A stretch of 64,000 bases of DNA, from the NCBI RefSeq assembly GCF_964355755.1, contig NC_092676.1, positions 23,640,871-23,704,870 of the forward strand, in the 5' to 3' direction. How positions within the stretch are numbered: position 1 is the first letter of the stretch; each line of letters begins with the position of its first letter. This document shows, one piece after another, positions 1-11,046 of the stretch. The translations under genes and the position numbers were made by a program. The notes under the pieces were generated by a model, which did no database searches, was not told the origin of the DNA, and worked only from the letters and a program-made list of their open reading frames with translations. The DNA is from Antedon mediterranea. Lineage: Eukaryota; Animalia; Echinodermata.

Positions 1-86
1 GTTAGTGTTTACCGACCAACCAATCGACCGACCAACCGACCGACCGACATAGTGAGATGTAGAGTCGCGTTGCACGTGACTAAAAA
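1..86. mobile_element. End of a Helentron/HINE (DINE-1-like) non-autonomous element
   Basis: ACCG/ACCA microsatellite, then catagtgagatgtagag, a short hairpin gtcgcgttgcacgtgac and taaaaa. This is the usual terminal layout of HINE elements. Truncated by the window edge. Confidence 0.5.
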
Positions 87-193
87 CATTAAAATAATTC
101 ATATTTTCATTGGAATTTGTGACTTATTAATAAAAAGTCAGTGACATAGACTGTTTATAAATGTATACATAAAGCCTTATATTAGCAACAAAC

Positions 194-345
194 AGTGGAA
201 CTGTAGCTTGGTGGTTGACGTGCTCGCCTTCTAATCTAAAGGTCTGGGTTCAATCCTGACCTAGTACCAGGGTTGTTAGGGCCTACTTTCAACTCCACTT
301 CCAAGCATCAAATGAGACTTAGTTTATAAGCACGATAAACTAGCT
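194..345 (+). mobile_element. tRNA-derived SINE, family 2
   Basis: A-box-like tagcttggtgg and B-box ggttcaatcc, followed by caactccacttcc. A homologous copy lies at 54283-54425. Confidence 0.65.
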
Positions 346-1090
346 ATAACATATAGTTTACCTCATCCTGTAATGGACGAGTTTTTGCTCGCTGTTGGAT
401 GAGTATGAAATAAATAAATGAAAGTATCTCGTCAATGTGATTGAATGCCGCTGTAGTACTACAAGCTAAAATAACACCAATTCTGGTAAAACATGACTGA
501 AGCAGTAAACTTACCTTTAAAAATTATTGTAAGATTGTGATTCTAGAATTGTCGCCTTCGATGGTTCACAACTCAAGTTAGTCAATCAAATGTATATTTT
601 CTGTGCGAATTATAAGTTAAATTCTAGTAGTGCTGAAATCTGATTGGATAATTCGGTTTTCTAAAATCGAATTATTCTGGAAAAACCAACACTGATACCA
701 TTTTAAAAAAACACTTGAAAATTGAATCTTCTGTGAAGATAAAAAGTTAATCAATAGCGCTCTAAACTCTGATTGGATAATATCTCCGCCTTTTTCATTA
801 CATCATTCGGGAAAAACCTATATATTTGTAATCAACAGACGTGTAAATATCTTAGAGGGCTCAATATTTGACTTAGAGAGATACAAGATACGGGTAAAAT
901 CCGCGGGAATTTACACATAAGTTTTTCCATCCATAATTGTAGAGACATTTCACCACTATACTGAATTTTTACAGTAGGCCTATTTAAAACATTAAAATGT
1001 TCACAGCTATAAGAAAAACCTATAGAATAATAACATGATGTGACTACTAGAATCTAGTAGTCGGGTAAAAATATGAAAATATAGGGCCTA

Positions 1091-2671
1091 ACCCCAAAAA
1101 AATTGCAAGAAAATGTTTTTTGATGAATTACAATAAAAAATGGTCTCAAAAAACATATATCAAAAGTTTACCAAAATCGGACTACCGCAAAGGTTCAAAA
1201 TTTGACGTTAAAAAAGATGGCCGCCAATTTTTAAATCGGTAACCGCTTGTAGTAGACAGCTGTATTTGGTGTCAAATTGTTCAAAATATATATGTTTATA
1301 TTTACACTTTTTGAACATTTTGTTGAAACATGACCGGAAATTCCATTTTGTGACCTTTGACATATACGGCATGACGTTTAATATATCTACGTAACTGCAA
1401 ATCACAGAGTCTTGATATTGGTGTCAAAATGTTCAGAACATACATATTTATATTTACCCTTTTTAAACATTTTTTCAAACATGACCGGAAATTCCATTTT
1501 GTGACCTTTGACCCATATATGACATAAAAAAATGTTCATATCTACGTAACTAAAAATCATAGAACCTTGATATTGGTGTCAAAATGTTCGGAACATACAT
1601 ATTTATATTTACTGTTTTTGAAATTTTTTTTCAAAAATACCCGAAAACATAAGGTTTTGACCTTTGATACTTATGGCATGATATATTTTCACATACATGT
1701 ACATGAGGTATGTTTTACGCGAATGATATTTTCATGCAGAGCCTGTAATAATCAGCTTTTACGCACTTAGACACACAGCGTGTTGAAGATTCAAACGTAG
1801 TGTTTTATAAAAATTGTTAAATATAAAATACCTAAATTATTCCTAACTTGATTACAGATTAATATAGAGGAATCTTTATTTGTAATAACTGCCAGGTTTG
1901 TGGACGTTCAGTTTAATTGTTTGTTCCGACATATACCACTCTTCTGCTACTTTGTAATTTCGTCCTCGTATAAATGCTCCACACACTTTCCAAAAAAAAT
2001 CTGGAATGGGAATATTTGATGCACATTTACATTTCGATGGAGAGTTCAGATTTTTTTATGATTCTTGTTGCCATATTTTGTAACGAGAAGTTAAATTGTG
2101 TCACCTTTGGTTTGTACAGTATTTGGATTTTGTTCACAGTTTTTGTCTTTCGTCGGACATTATTTGCAGAGAAAGTGGATGCGGTGTAGATTCTTCAGCA
2201 GAGCCTGTATAATGGTTGTGGTGAATGATTACTTTCAAATTTGATAATTAATTCATCTGTTGATTTGCCATCATTGTTCCCAGTTTCTCATAACTTTTGG
2301 TAGATGTGTCACTGTGCCATAGTTTTCTCCTTTTTAGACGTTCCATCTAGATGTAATGTATGATTGGATTTGTCAAGCAGTTCTTGCGAGGATGACAACT
2401 AATCCATGTGTATTTTTGATAACGGCTCTGCCTCCAACAAAATGTTCAAAAAGTGTAAATATAAACATATATATTTTGAACAATTTGACACCAAATACAG
2501 CTGTCTACTACAAGCGGTTACCGATTTTCAAAAATTGGCGGCCATCTTTTTTAACGTCAAATTTTGAATCTTTGCGGTAGTCCGATTTTGGTAAACTTTT
2601 GATATATGTTTTTTGAGACCATTTTTTATTGTAATTCATCAAAAAACATTTTCTTGCAATTTTTTTGGGGT
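1091..2671. mobile_element. Internally deleted DNA transposon with ~235 bp terminal inverted repeats
   Basis: 1091-1325 is the near-perfect reverse complement of 2435-2671. Three ~150 bp subterminal tandem units lie at 1263-1700. The interior looks like decayed coding sequence on the - strand (TLHLDGTSKK...IMSD). The ends may extend to ta|gtcg (1060) and cgac|ta (2695). Confidence 0.85.
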
Positions 2672-2955
2672 GGTAATGAAACAGTTTGACTCGACTATAG
2701 GCACAAGAGACGTCATTGATTGGTTGAAAGTTGTGGAGACACGACACTATATATTTAAAAGTTTGCAAACTATTGAAAAAGTAGATAAAGAATTGTTATC
2801 ATTAGTAGCTAAAATCATGAGTTTGTTTTAATTTAAAACTGGTTTTGTATTAAGGTAAAATTAAGTGCAAATGAATTTCATTTTAATTCTTATTATATTT
2901 TCTATTCTATAAAAAATAATCAGAAATAGCGGGCGTGATCTTTCAGTTGTTAAAC

Positions 2956-5900
2956 ATGGCGGCTTCCATGGGAAGGAAGCTGTTACACATGAGAAATTGT
3001 TATTGTTTACGATTGCAGTTATATGAGGTTATTATTAGCGTTACTGTAGTATTGTAGTATAGTATACACGATAATTAATTTTGCATTGTTTAGTAATAGG
3101 ATTTAACACGTACAAATGTCAAAAAGTATGGCTAGGCCGGCTTTGCTGGGTATCCACATTCCAAATAACTAACGATGTATGCTTTCACACCCGCGCTAAC
3201 TGAGAGACTCTGTGTGGCTGCCGATACTAGCTACCAAGCCTTAGTTGGGCCTAGGCTATGCATTGATGATAGGTCATGTAATAAGGCAAGCTAGCTAGGA
3301 ATAGCTACGTAACTGTTCTAATTATAGACTATTAGTCTAGCCCTAGCTAGAGTACTTCTTGGTATGCCTACACAATATATTATTTTTAATTTAAAAATAT
3401 TAAAAAGAAAGGTAGCTAGCCTAGGCCTAAATACTAAAAAAGTAAAAGTAGACCTAAAAAATGTCCAGGTGCTATACTGTACTGTACTGTTTATTTTTGT
3501 TTTTTTTACCAAGCTATGTTTACCGGTTCAGATATTAATCAGGAGACCTATTTTTTATTTAAATAACATTTTTTTATTTGATCCCACAACATAGCTCAGG
3601 CAGATATTGCAAGTAGTTAAATTTTGATAAGTTGTATAAACATAATTTTGTACAATATCATTAGAATTTCTTTTACCAGAGTTTCAAAAGAGGTACAAGT
3701 TCCTCACAAATAGCTGTAGATGATGGCAAAGGAAATGAGATGAAAGGAAAACCTAGCGTTTTATCTGCAATGATGGCTGCTGCTAGAGATAGGAGAACTG
3801 CATTTGGTAACATTTGATTATTGCATTGTCATAATACATTACAAAGCAAAGACAGTTAATTTAATTGGTAGCAAAGAAACAACAGCCCGACTACCATTAT
3901 CTGAGTGCACGCCCACCGCGTATGAAATGTCAAACAACAGCCAGACTACCATTATCTGAGTGCACGCCCACCGCGTATGGAATGTCAAACAACAGCCAGA
4001 CTACCATTATCTGAGTGCACGCCCACCGCGTATGGAATGTCAAACAACAGCCAGACTACCATTATCTGAGTGCACGCCCACCGCGTATGGAATGTCAAAC
4101 AACAGCCAGACTACCATTATCTGAGTGCACGCCCACCGCGTATGGAATGTCAAACAACAGCCCGACTACCATTATCTGAGTGCACGCCCACCGCGTATGA
4201 AATGTCAAACAACAGCCAGACTACCATTATCTGAGTGCACGCCCACCGCGTATGGAATGTCAAACAACAGCCAGACTACCATTATCTGAGTGCACGCCCA
4301 CCGCGTATGGAATGTCAAACAACAGCCAGACTACCATTATCTGAGTGCACGCCCACCGCGTATGGAATGTCAAACAACAGCCCGACTACCATTATCTGAG
4401 TGCACGCCCACCGCGTATGGAATGTCAAACAACAGCCTGACTACCATTATCTGAGTGCACGCCCACCGCGTATGGAATGTCAAACAACAGCCAGACTACC
4501 ATTATCTGAGTGCACGCCCACCGCGTATGGAATGTCAAACAACAGCCAGACTACCATTATCTGAGTGCACGCCCACCGCGTATGGAATGTCAAACAACAG
4601 CCAGACTACCATTATCTGAGTGCACGCCCACCGCGTATGGAATGTCAAAATTCATGCACCAAGCAAGGATAAATATTTATCATGTTTATTTGGCTTAGGC
4701 CAAGTTGTTTAGCTGTTGTACTTACCCCTGTACTAAATAAAATCAATGGTACTGTAAGTAAATTATAAAAAAAGTGGTGCGTCACTAAGGAGCAAACAAC
4801 AACACAAATAAATATTGATCAAAACTTGTGAACAGGTTCCAAATTGTTTTCAGATTTGACCTTTTAACTTTATTTCTTATTTTACAGATACTCTCATACA
4901 GAAGGAAGCAGTAGCGTACGAAAAGGGAAAGCGTCACCTTGCGAATATGATGGGAGAAGATCCAGAAATGTTTACCCAGAAAGATGTTGATGTAAGAAAT
5001 TAAATAGAAGAAATACTGTTGTCCCTCTTTAGTTTTTCCCTTTTACTTTCTGTTCACACAAATTAAGCCTAATTACAGTAAAACCCCTCTTTTGGGAAAC
5101 CCATATTCAAGGGAAAACCGTATTCAAGGGACGGACACTATTCCGTATGTTTTAACACTAACAGCAACCCCTGTTCACAGAACACCCATATAAAGATGAC
5201 ACTTTTTTAGGTATTTATAGGGGTTATAATAATTATTATTTTTCATAAGGTAAGCTTTTTTTAATTTTCTTGACAGGCTGCAATTGAGTACTTATTACCG
5301 ACTGGTATGTATGAAAAAAATGCTAGGCCTATGTTAAAGCACCCTATAGACTACTACCCTCCACAGAAGGCAGCCCAGCTTGGTCCAGATGGAAGGCCTC
5401 ATGAATGCTTCTTTTACACTGGTAGAGCAAACTATTATAATCTTATGCATGTAAGTAAAGAATCAGATCAGTGAAAAGAAACTTTCTAAAATGTTAATTA
5501 GTTATTACATAATTTGATTAATTGACTAATATTTGTTATAGATAACAGAATATTGATTGTACCATTCCAAGGAAATCTAACAATTACCTTGATTTGATAG
5601 TATTTATTAATTTTATTCATTTGGCATGTCGGCTCGGGGTCGCAAAGGTGGCAAACTCACTGTTGCCTGTAGGACGTGTGGCTCCCTAAGACGATTGGCT
5701 GTGTGTGACAGTGGCTGTATGTGGGTGTGGCTGTGTGTGTGTGTACTAGTACACCGGGGTAACCCCCTACTCGTCTCAAAAGATGTACTATGTTCTTTAA
5801 AATGGACCTGAAATGGATTTTCGATTTTTTTCATTTTAGAATGATGTTTTGGGGGCTATTAGATGTTGCTAGAATGTATATTGTTACAAAATATAAATTG

Positions 5901-8900
5901 GCCCTTTTGGGGAAAGGCCCATTTGAAAATCCAAAAAATTTGCGGGTGACGTCACTTTGCGATTATATTCCTATCCCTCCAATGGACAATTTGCAGTTTT
6001 TTGGCTATAACTCTTGAAATCTATGGAGTATTTTCTAAAAAATGCTTGTGCATTTGCAGAAACGTATTTAGAATTTTTTTAGATAAAATTATTACCGTAT
6101 AAACGGTTATTCATCGAGTAAATGATGATTTAAAATCTTAAAATCAACGGTTTTTTTTTCTGGCAATACCGGAGTTGGCCTGGCAACGTTGTCCGGGATA
6201 CAGCTCCGTGCGCAATGATGCGTACGTATCCATATTTTCCGTTCGTGTATTTTGTATATCGTTCGTAATTTATACTGCTAAAATGTGTTAGTTCTTTAGT
6301 TTTTAGTTTAGCAGAAATAAATTAGTAATATGAGATGATAATTTATTTGTCACGAAAACGAATTTTATTCATATTTTACTTTGGCTTGACAATGAGCGCA
6401 GCAAGTTGTTGATATCGCTTTGGTCCTTGGATGCACATGAAACGGAGCCTCGCCGCCCGCATGATGTGGGTGGTGGATCGACTCCGCGCGCTGGATTGGG
6501 GGCCTAGGCCTAGTAAAGGTTTGGGAGGTAGGCCTTCTAAATTCGGGTTTTAGAACAAACGAAGTACATTTTAGGGACCTATATTTCAGCAACATTAGAT
6601 ATTGAATAAATTAGTATTAGTGTCAACGCTTCGCGTATCTTTCCAGGCCGTCGATCATTCACTGACTATCGGGCGGCATATACACGCTCTCCATATCATC
6701 GTGTGTATATGTGACGTCGTGAATATAGAGGCTTCCGACGGCCGTTGAAATAGAATATTGCAATGGCGTGAGTAATTTTCGCTAATTTACCATGGTATCT
6801 TAAAATTTCGTTTTTACTCAAAATACTATACATTTTGTTTTTATAAGTATGGGTTTGTGTTAATTTGATACATTTAAATAACATGTGTGAATTTCTTGAA
6901 AATCGAAATTCCATTTCAGGTCCATTTTAAAGTGCACATGAACCAGATGTGTACACTGGTCCTACGGTTTATAGCAAACACTGGACAACAATAATTTATT
7001 CTTTTTCCATCCCAACTCATAGAATGGTTTCAAAGTCAGTATATAAGATAACATTTATTTATATAGTATTTAATTTCTTCTTTTAGGAATGTGCCAATCA
7101 CCTTGATAAGCTGATTAAATATGAAGATCAGAAGATTGCTCAAGGAATTCTAGAACCAAACAGTGAACCAGTGTGAGTCTGTCATAGAATACACCTGGTA
7201 CCAGGCCAACTTTGACTTTTAAATAACAGAAAATAATAAATAATAAACATTTTATAGTATTGAGGATGTTTGTGACATTATAACATGGGAACTCTTCTTC
7301 TCCTTATTATTATAACATGTATTTTATTTATTCAGGTGTATATATAGTAAAAACTTGCAGCCCGAAAGCTGAAATTGTTGTTTTACAAAAAAATATATAT
7401 GGAAATATAAAAGTTTAAAAATACAAAATTGAAACAAAACATATATATTGTACAACAATACATATTGTATCCAATAAATATAATAATTTTTCGGTTTTCT
7501 CCCAAAACTAAATTTGTTCTCTTTTTCTTCACCAGAAATTTAATTCGTAGTGAATGGATTGACAAGAAATCATTGGAATTGAAGATTGTAGAAGAAATCA
7601 GTGATGAAGAGGTTACTTGTTTTTCTGATTTTAGTTTTTCTGATTTTAATTAAAAAGTTCTTTTTCCTCCAGCACGAATTGACAACATTTCTAAAACCTT
7701 GTTGCACAAGTTGTGGATAGGTAGTGGCCTTTTGTTGCCGTGACAATGATGATTTCTTTTCCTTCTTATGATTTCCTTACCCACTAGGCAAATTTGTTTG
7801 CGCGAATCGAAAGGGTCAACTTGTATATACACATACTACATATTCATGTTTCCATCTTCCAAATCCCACCCTGCGATGAATTCTAGTTCCTTGAAATTGG
7901 TAGTTTGAATTGTTTCTACTTTTTTTGAAGCGAAAAATTGCATAATTCATGAGCACTCATGCGAATCAAAAAGCTCAGCAGACACGCGATAAACATGAAA
8001 ATATAAAAATCGTAGCCAGGGTATCGCATTTTTTCCTCCGTGAAACATTAAATTCGCGCAAACAAATTCGCATAGTGGGAAATAAGCTTTATGAATTCTT
8101 TCCCTACTTTCCTGTACTCCAACCACTGCACAAAGATTTACATTTTTTTCTTATACATCTAGTATGAAAGATTTATCATAATGATGGAGAGATTATTAAA
8201 ACAACCGTACGCTAAACAAGTGGAGTCCTTTATACTGGATTATAGAAAGGAATTGCTCGCTGTCATCAATAAAGAAATTGTACATGAGGTATTCATAAAC
8301 AGTTTCTTTTTTGTAGAATAAATTAGTTTTTATTTTACAAGTTTTCAATGGCTAGGCCTAACCTACCACTAATAAATGTTTTATTTTATGTATTTTTTAT
8401 TATCGGTTGGAGCCAATTTAATCCGACAAATCTTTCTGGCAAAACCTGCTCCTGGAGAACACTGCATTGTACACCTGACTTGTATTGTAAAAACTTATTG
8501 CTAGGTATTAGTACACTGAAATTTGTCTATCTCAACTTTCCGTTTTACAGATTCAACATGATGAGAACGGTGTCGCTTTTAGCGAGGCTATTGGTCGACG
8601 TAAGTCAGCCTCTGCTAGAGTAGTCATTAGGGACCAAGGCTCGGGCATTATTACAGTCAACAATCAGCCCATGCTTGAATTTTTTACAATGGTGCAATCA
8701 AGGTAATTAACAGAATTTTCATTAATTTTGTTTTTAAATATTAATCTTAGTGAGCTACTGTAACCATACAGTACAGAAGTAGTCTTGAGGTAAAACAATA
8801 AATGTGTTAAATCTTGCATAATGTATTTGTCAAAGAATTTGTGATTTACTATTCATGTTGTATAATGATTTCCTTTTTGAATGGAGGACCCCTGCTGAAA

Positions 8901-9964
8901 CAAGCTTCCCAGCTTAAAGGGTAATTCTCTGCTATTCCATAACAAGCTTCCCACCTTAAAGGGTTATCCTCTGCTATTCCATAACAAGCTTCCCAGCTTA
9001 AAGGGTTATCCTCTGCTATTCCATAACAAGCTTCCCAGCATAAAGGGTTATCCTATGCTATTCCATATCTGTATAATTATTTAGTTTTTATATGATTTTG
9101 TTAATTTCAAACTATAATGTATTGTATTGTGTATTTTATGGATAGCAATAAATATTACAAACAAACATTCTAAGTCTTTCATTCAGGTACATTGTGTTAA
9201 TTACTTGGCAAAATAGAATTTTGCCATTTATAATGTGTGTACTTGATTTGTTTGTTAGCACGATAGCACCTACAATTTCCAAGTTATCATTCAGAATTTT
9301 CTGTGTAAATAGGTATATACAGTACTTACAGAACATGCCTATTGAAATTCAAGAAAATCGGTTCATTAATAACTTCACAAATAAACAAAGACAAATTTGT
9401 ATTCTTTTAACATGGTCAGAAATATCAACATGTGCCCTCTGTGGAAATATTTGCCAAGTACTTCACTCAATTTCTGAGTGCTTTCATTTTATTTATTTAT
9501 TTTTCAGAATGTCGATAATGTTCCCCTTTCAGTTTGTCGGAATGATTGACAGATTCAACGCTGAGTGCTACGTATCTGAGGAAGGGGGTAAACAGTGCCA
9601 GGCTGGAGCAGTAAGACTAGCCATCTCACGAGCATTGCAGAGTTTTGTTGATATAAGTCAAATTGAACAAATGAGACAAGGTATACAAATACTATCGGTA
9701 TTTGTTGTTTTTTACTAATAATGTGTAGGCTTCCTAAAATAGGTACTGTACTACAAAAACTCCTAGTTCCAGTTCAGTACATCAAATACACTCGCTTACA
9801 ACTTAGCAAATTATTATCCAATTTATTACAGTAAAACATTTGTTTATAAATTTTCTGTGTATTTTATTTCAGCTGGATTATTAACACAAGATCCCAGAAT
9901 AAGAGAACGAAAGAAGCCTGGACAGAAGAAAGCAAGAAAGAAGTTTACTTGGAAGAAACGATAG
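2956..9964 (+). CDS. MRPS9: Mitochondrial small-subunit ribosomal protein uS9m (28S ribosomal protein S9), 10 exons, 393 aa
   Basis: Exons 2956-3027, 3680-3806, 4888-4991, 5277-5450, 7087-7172, 7536-7611, 8163-8288, 8551-8702, 9508-9680, 9873-9964; all GT-AG and phase-consistent (1182 nt). Motifs [70 protein letters not shown]. Confidence 0.97.
3877..4649. repeat. 55 bp minisatellite, 14 near-identical copies, MRPS9 intron 2
   Basis: Unit aaacaacagccagactaccattatctgagtgcacgcccaccgcgtatggaatgtc, head-to-tail with no spacers. Confidence 0.97.
5615..6975 (-). mobile_element. Deu/Nin-core SINE (family 1), split by a DNA transposon insertion
   Basis: 5727-5800 joined to 6931-6975 reconstitutes the reverse complement of the SINE core at ~11597-11710 (ccgtaggtccagtgtacacatctgg...gtgcactttaaagaac...gagtagggggttaccccggtg). 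Confidence 0.85.
5801..6926. mobile_element. Non-autonomous Kolobok-like DNA transposon
   Basis: 28 bp TIR aatggacctgaaatgga(t/a)tttcgatttt with one mismatch. TTAA duplicated at 5797-5800 and 6927-6930. AA...TT termini. The empty site is reconstructable from the intact SINE copy. Confidence 0.88.
8899..9066. repeat. 42 bp minisatellite, 4 copies, MRPS9 intron 8
   Basis: Unit aacaagcttcccagcttaaagggttatcctctgctattccat. Confidence 0.92.
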
Positions 9965-10003
9965 TGTGAACCTAAATCAACGCCTCTAAACAATATTTTA
10001 AAG

Positions 10004-10415
10004 GACAACTTGACCGAGGACCATATTTTTACAACGTATTAGGGATGTACATATGATTTCAGAACCATCGTAAGATTAAGGATATCGCCGCACACTCTTG
10101 CTGTACAGCCCTCACCGTAAATTGCTGTGAAGTCACAGGTGCATCGCAAAATCTACTTAATGAGTCCAGATAAGCAAAATAAACAATAAAAAAAATCACC
10201 ATTTATATTTTTTACGATTTATTTACTAGAAATTTTTGCGATTTGCCAGACTTTGCCAGAAAACTCGTTTTGCGATGCACCCGCGACGTCACAGCAATTT
10301 ACGACGATGGCTGTACGACGAGCGCGTGCGGTGATATCCTTAATCTGGCGATGGTTCTGAAATCATATGTACATCCCTAATACATTGTTAAAATATGGTC
10401 CTCTGTCAAGTTGTC
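10004..10415. mobile_element. Foldback MITE with ~150 bp inverted arms in the MRPS9 3' UTR region
   Basis: gacaacttgaccgaggaccatattt...tgcatcgcaaaa (10004-10151) is the imperfect reverse complement of ttttgcgatgca...aaatatggtcctctgtcaagttgtc (~10268-10415). Confidence 0.88.
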
Positions 10416-11046
10416 TAGGATGCTGATCTGGGAAAAAGAATGGTTAATTTAGGTGCGCCTATTGCAATCATCTTACTGTATGTACACTCACCAGGCATAG
10501 GCCTACTATTACATCATTAATATGAAATTATTTTTAACTGAAATTAAAATATAACAAATAAATTTAAGAGTCTGTTTTTCTTTTTTGTGCATCCTTTCTT
10601 GGTTTTTAAACATTGATTAAAATAATTACCGTATAGAAACGTTGAGAATGAAAATCTTTCCTATTTGTTGGTTTGTGCTGTTTTAAAAGACAGTAACATT
10701 TCTATTAGATCTGTGTATGTTCTTAAAACTTCAAACTGTTTAGTTAAACAACAAATTTTTTAGGAGGAAACAGTGATAAAAATTAGGCTGAAGTCGTGAC
10801 CGTGTCGATAGAACAGTGAATTTAGACGTACGGTTGACCAGGGAAGAGTTATTAACTCTTCCCTGGGTTGACCGTGTCCGATTGCCTTATCTCCAAGAGT
10901 GACTATTTGCACGTGGTCGATCAACCGTGTCGACTGTAAATAAACAATGGTGGACGAGAAGTGGTGGTAGAAAAGTTACAATTACATTCTTTGTGTTTTA
11001 TTAGAAAGCACAATCGTTTATATATGCTGTATGAGCGAGGATAAAA

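Noticed and set aside
3877-4649. CRISPR-like regular array, and the ORF 4510-4698
   Set aside because: Units are contiguous with no unique spacers, there are no cas genes, and the array lies in a spliceosomal intron. The ORF is just the repeat read through.
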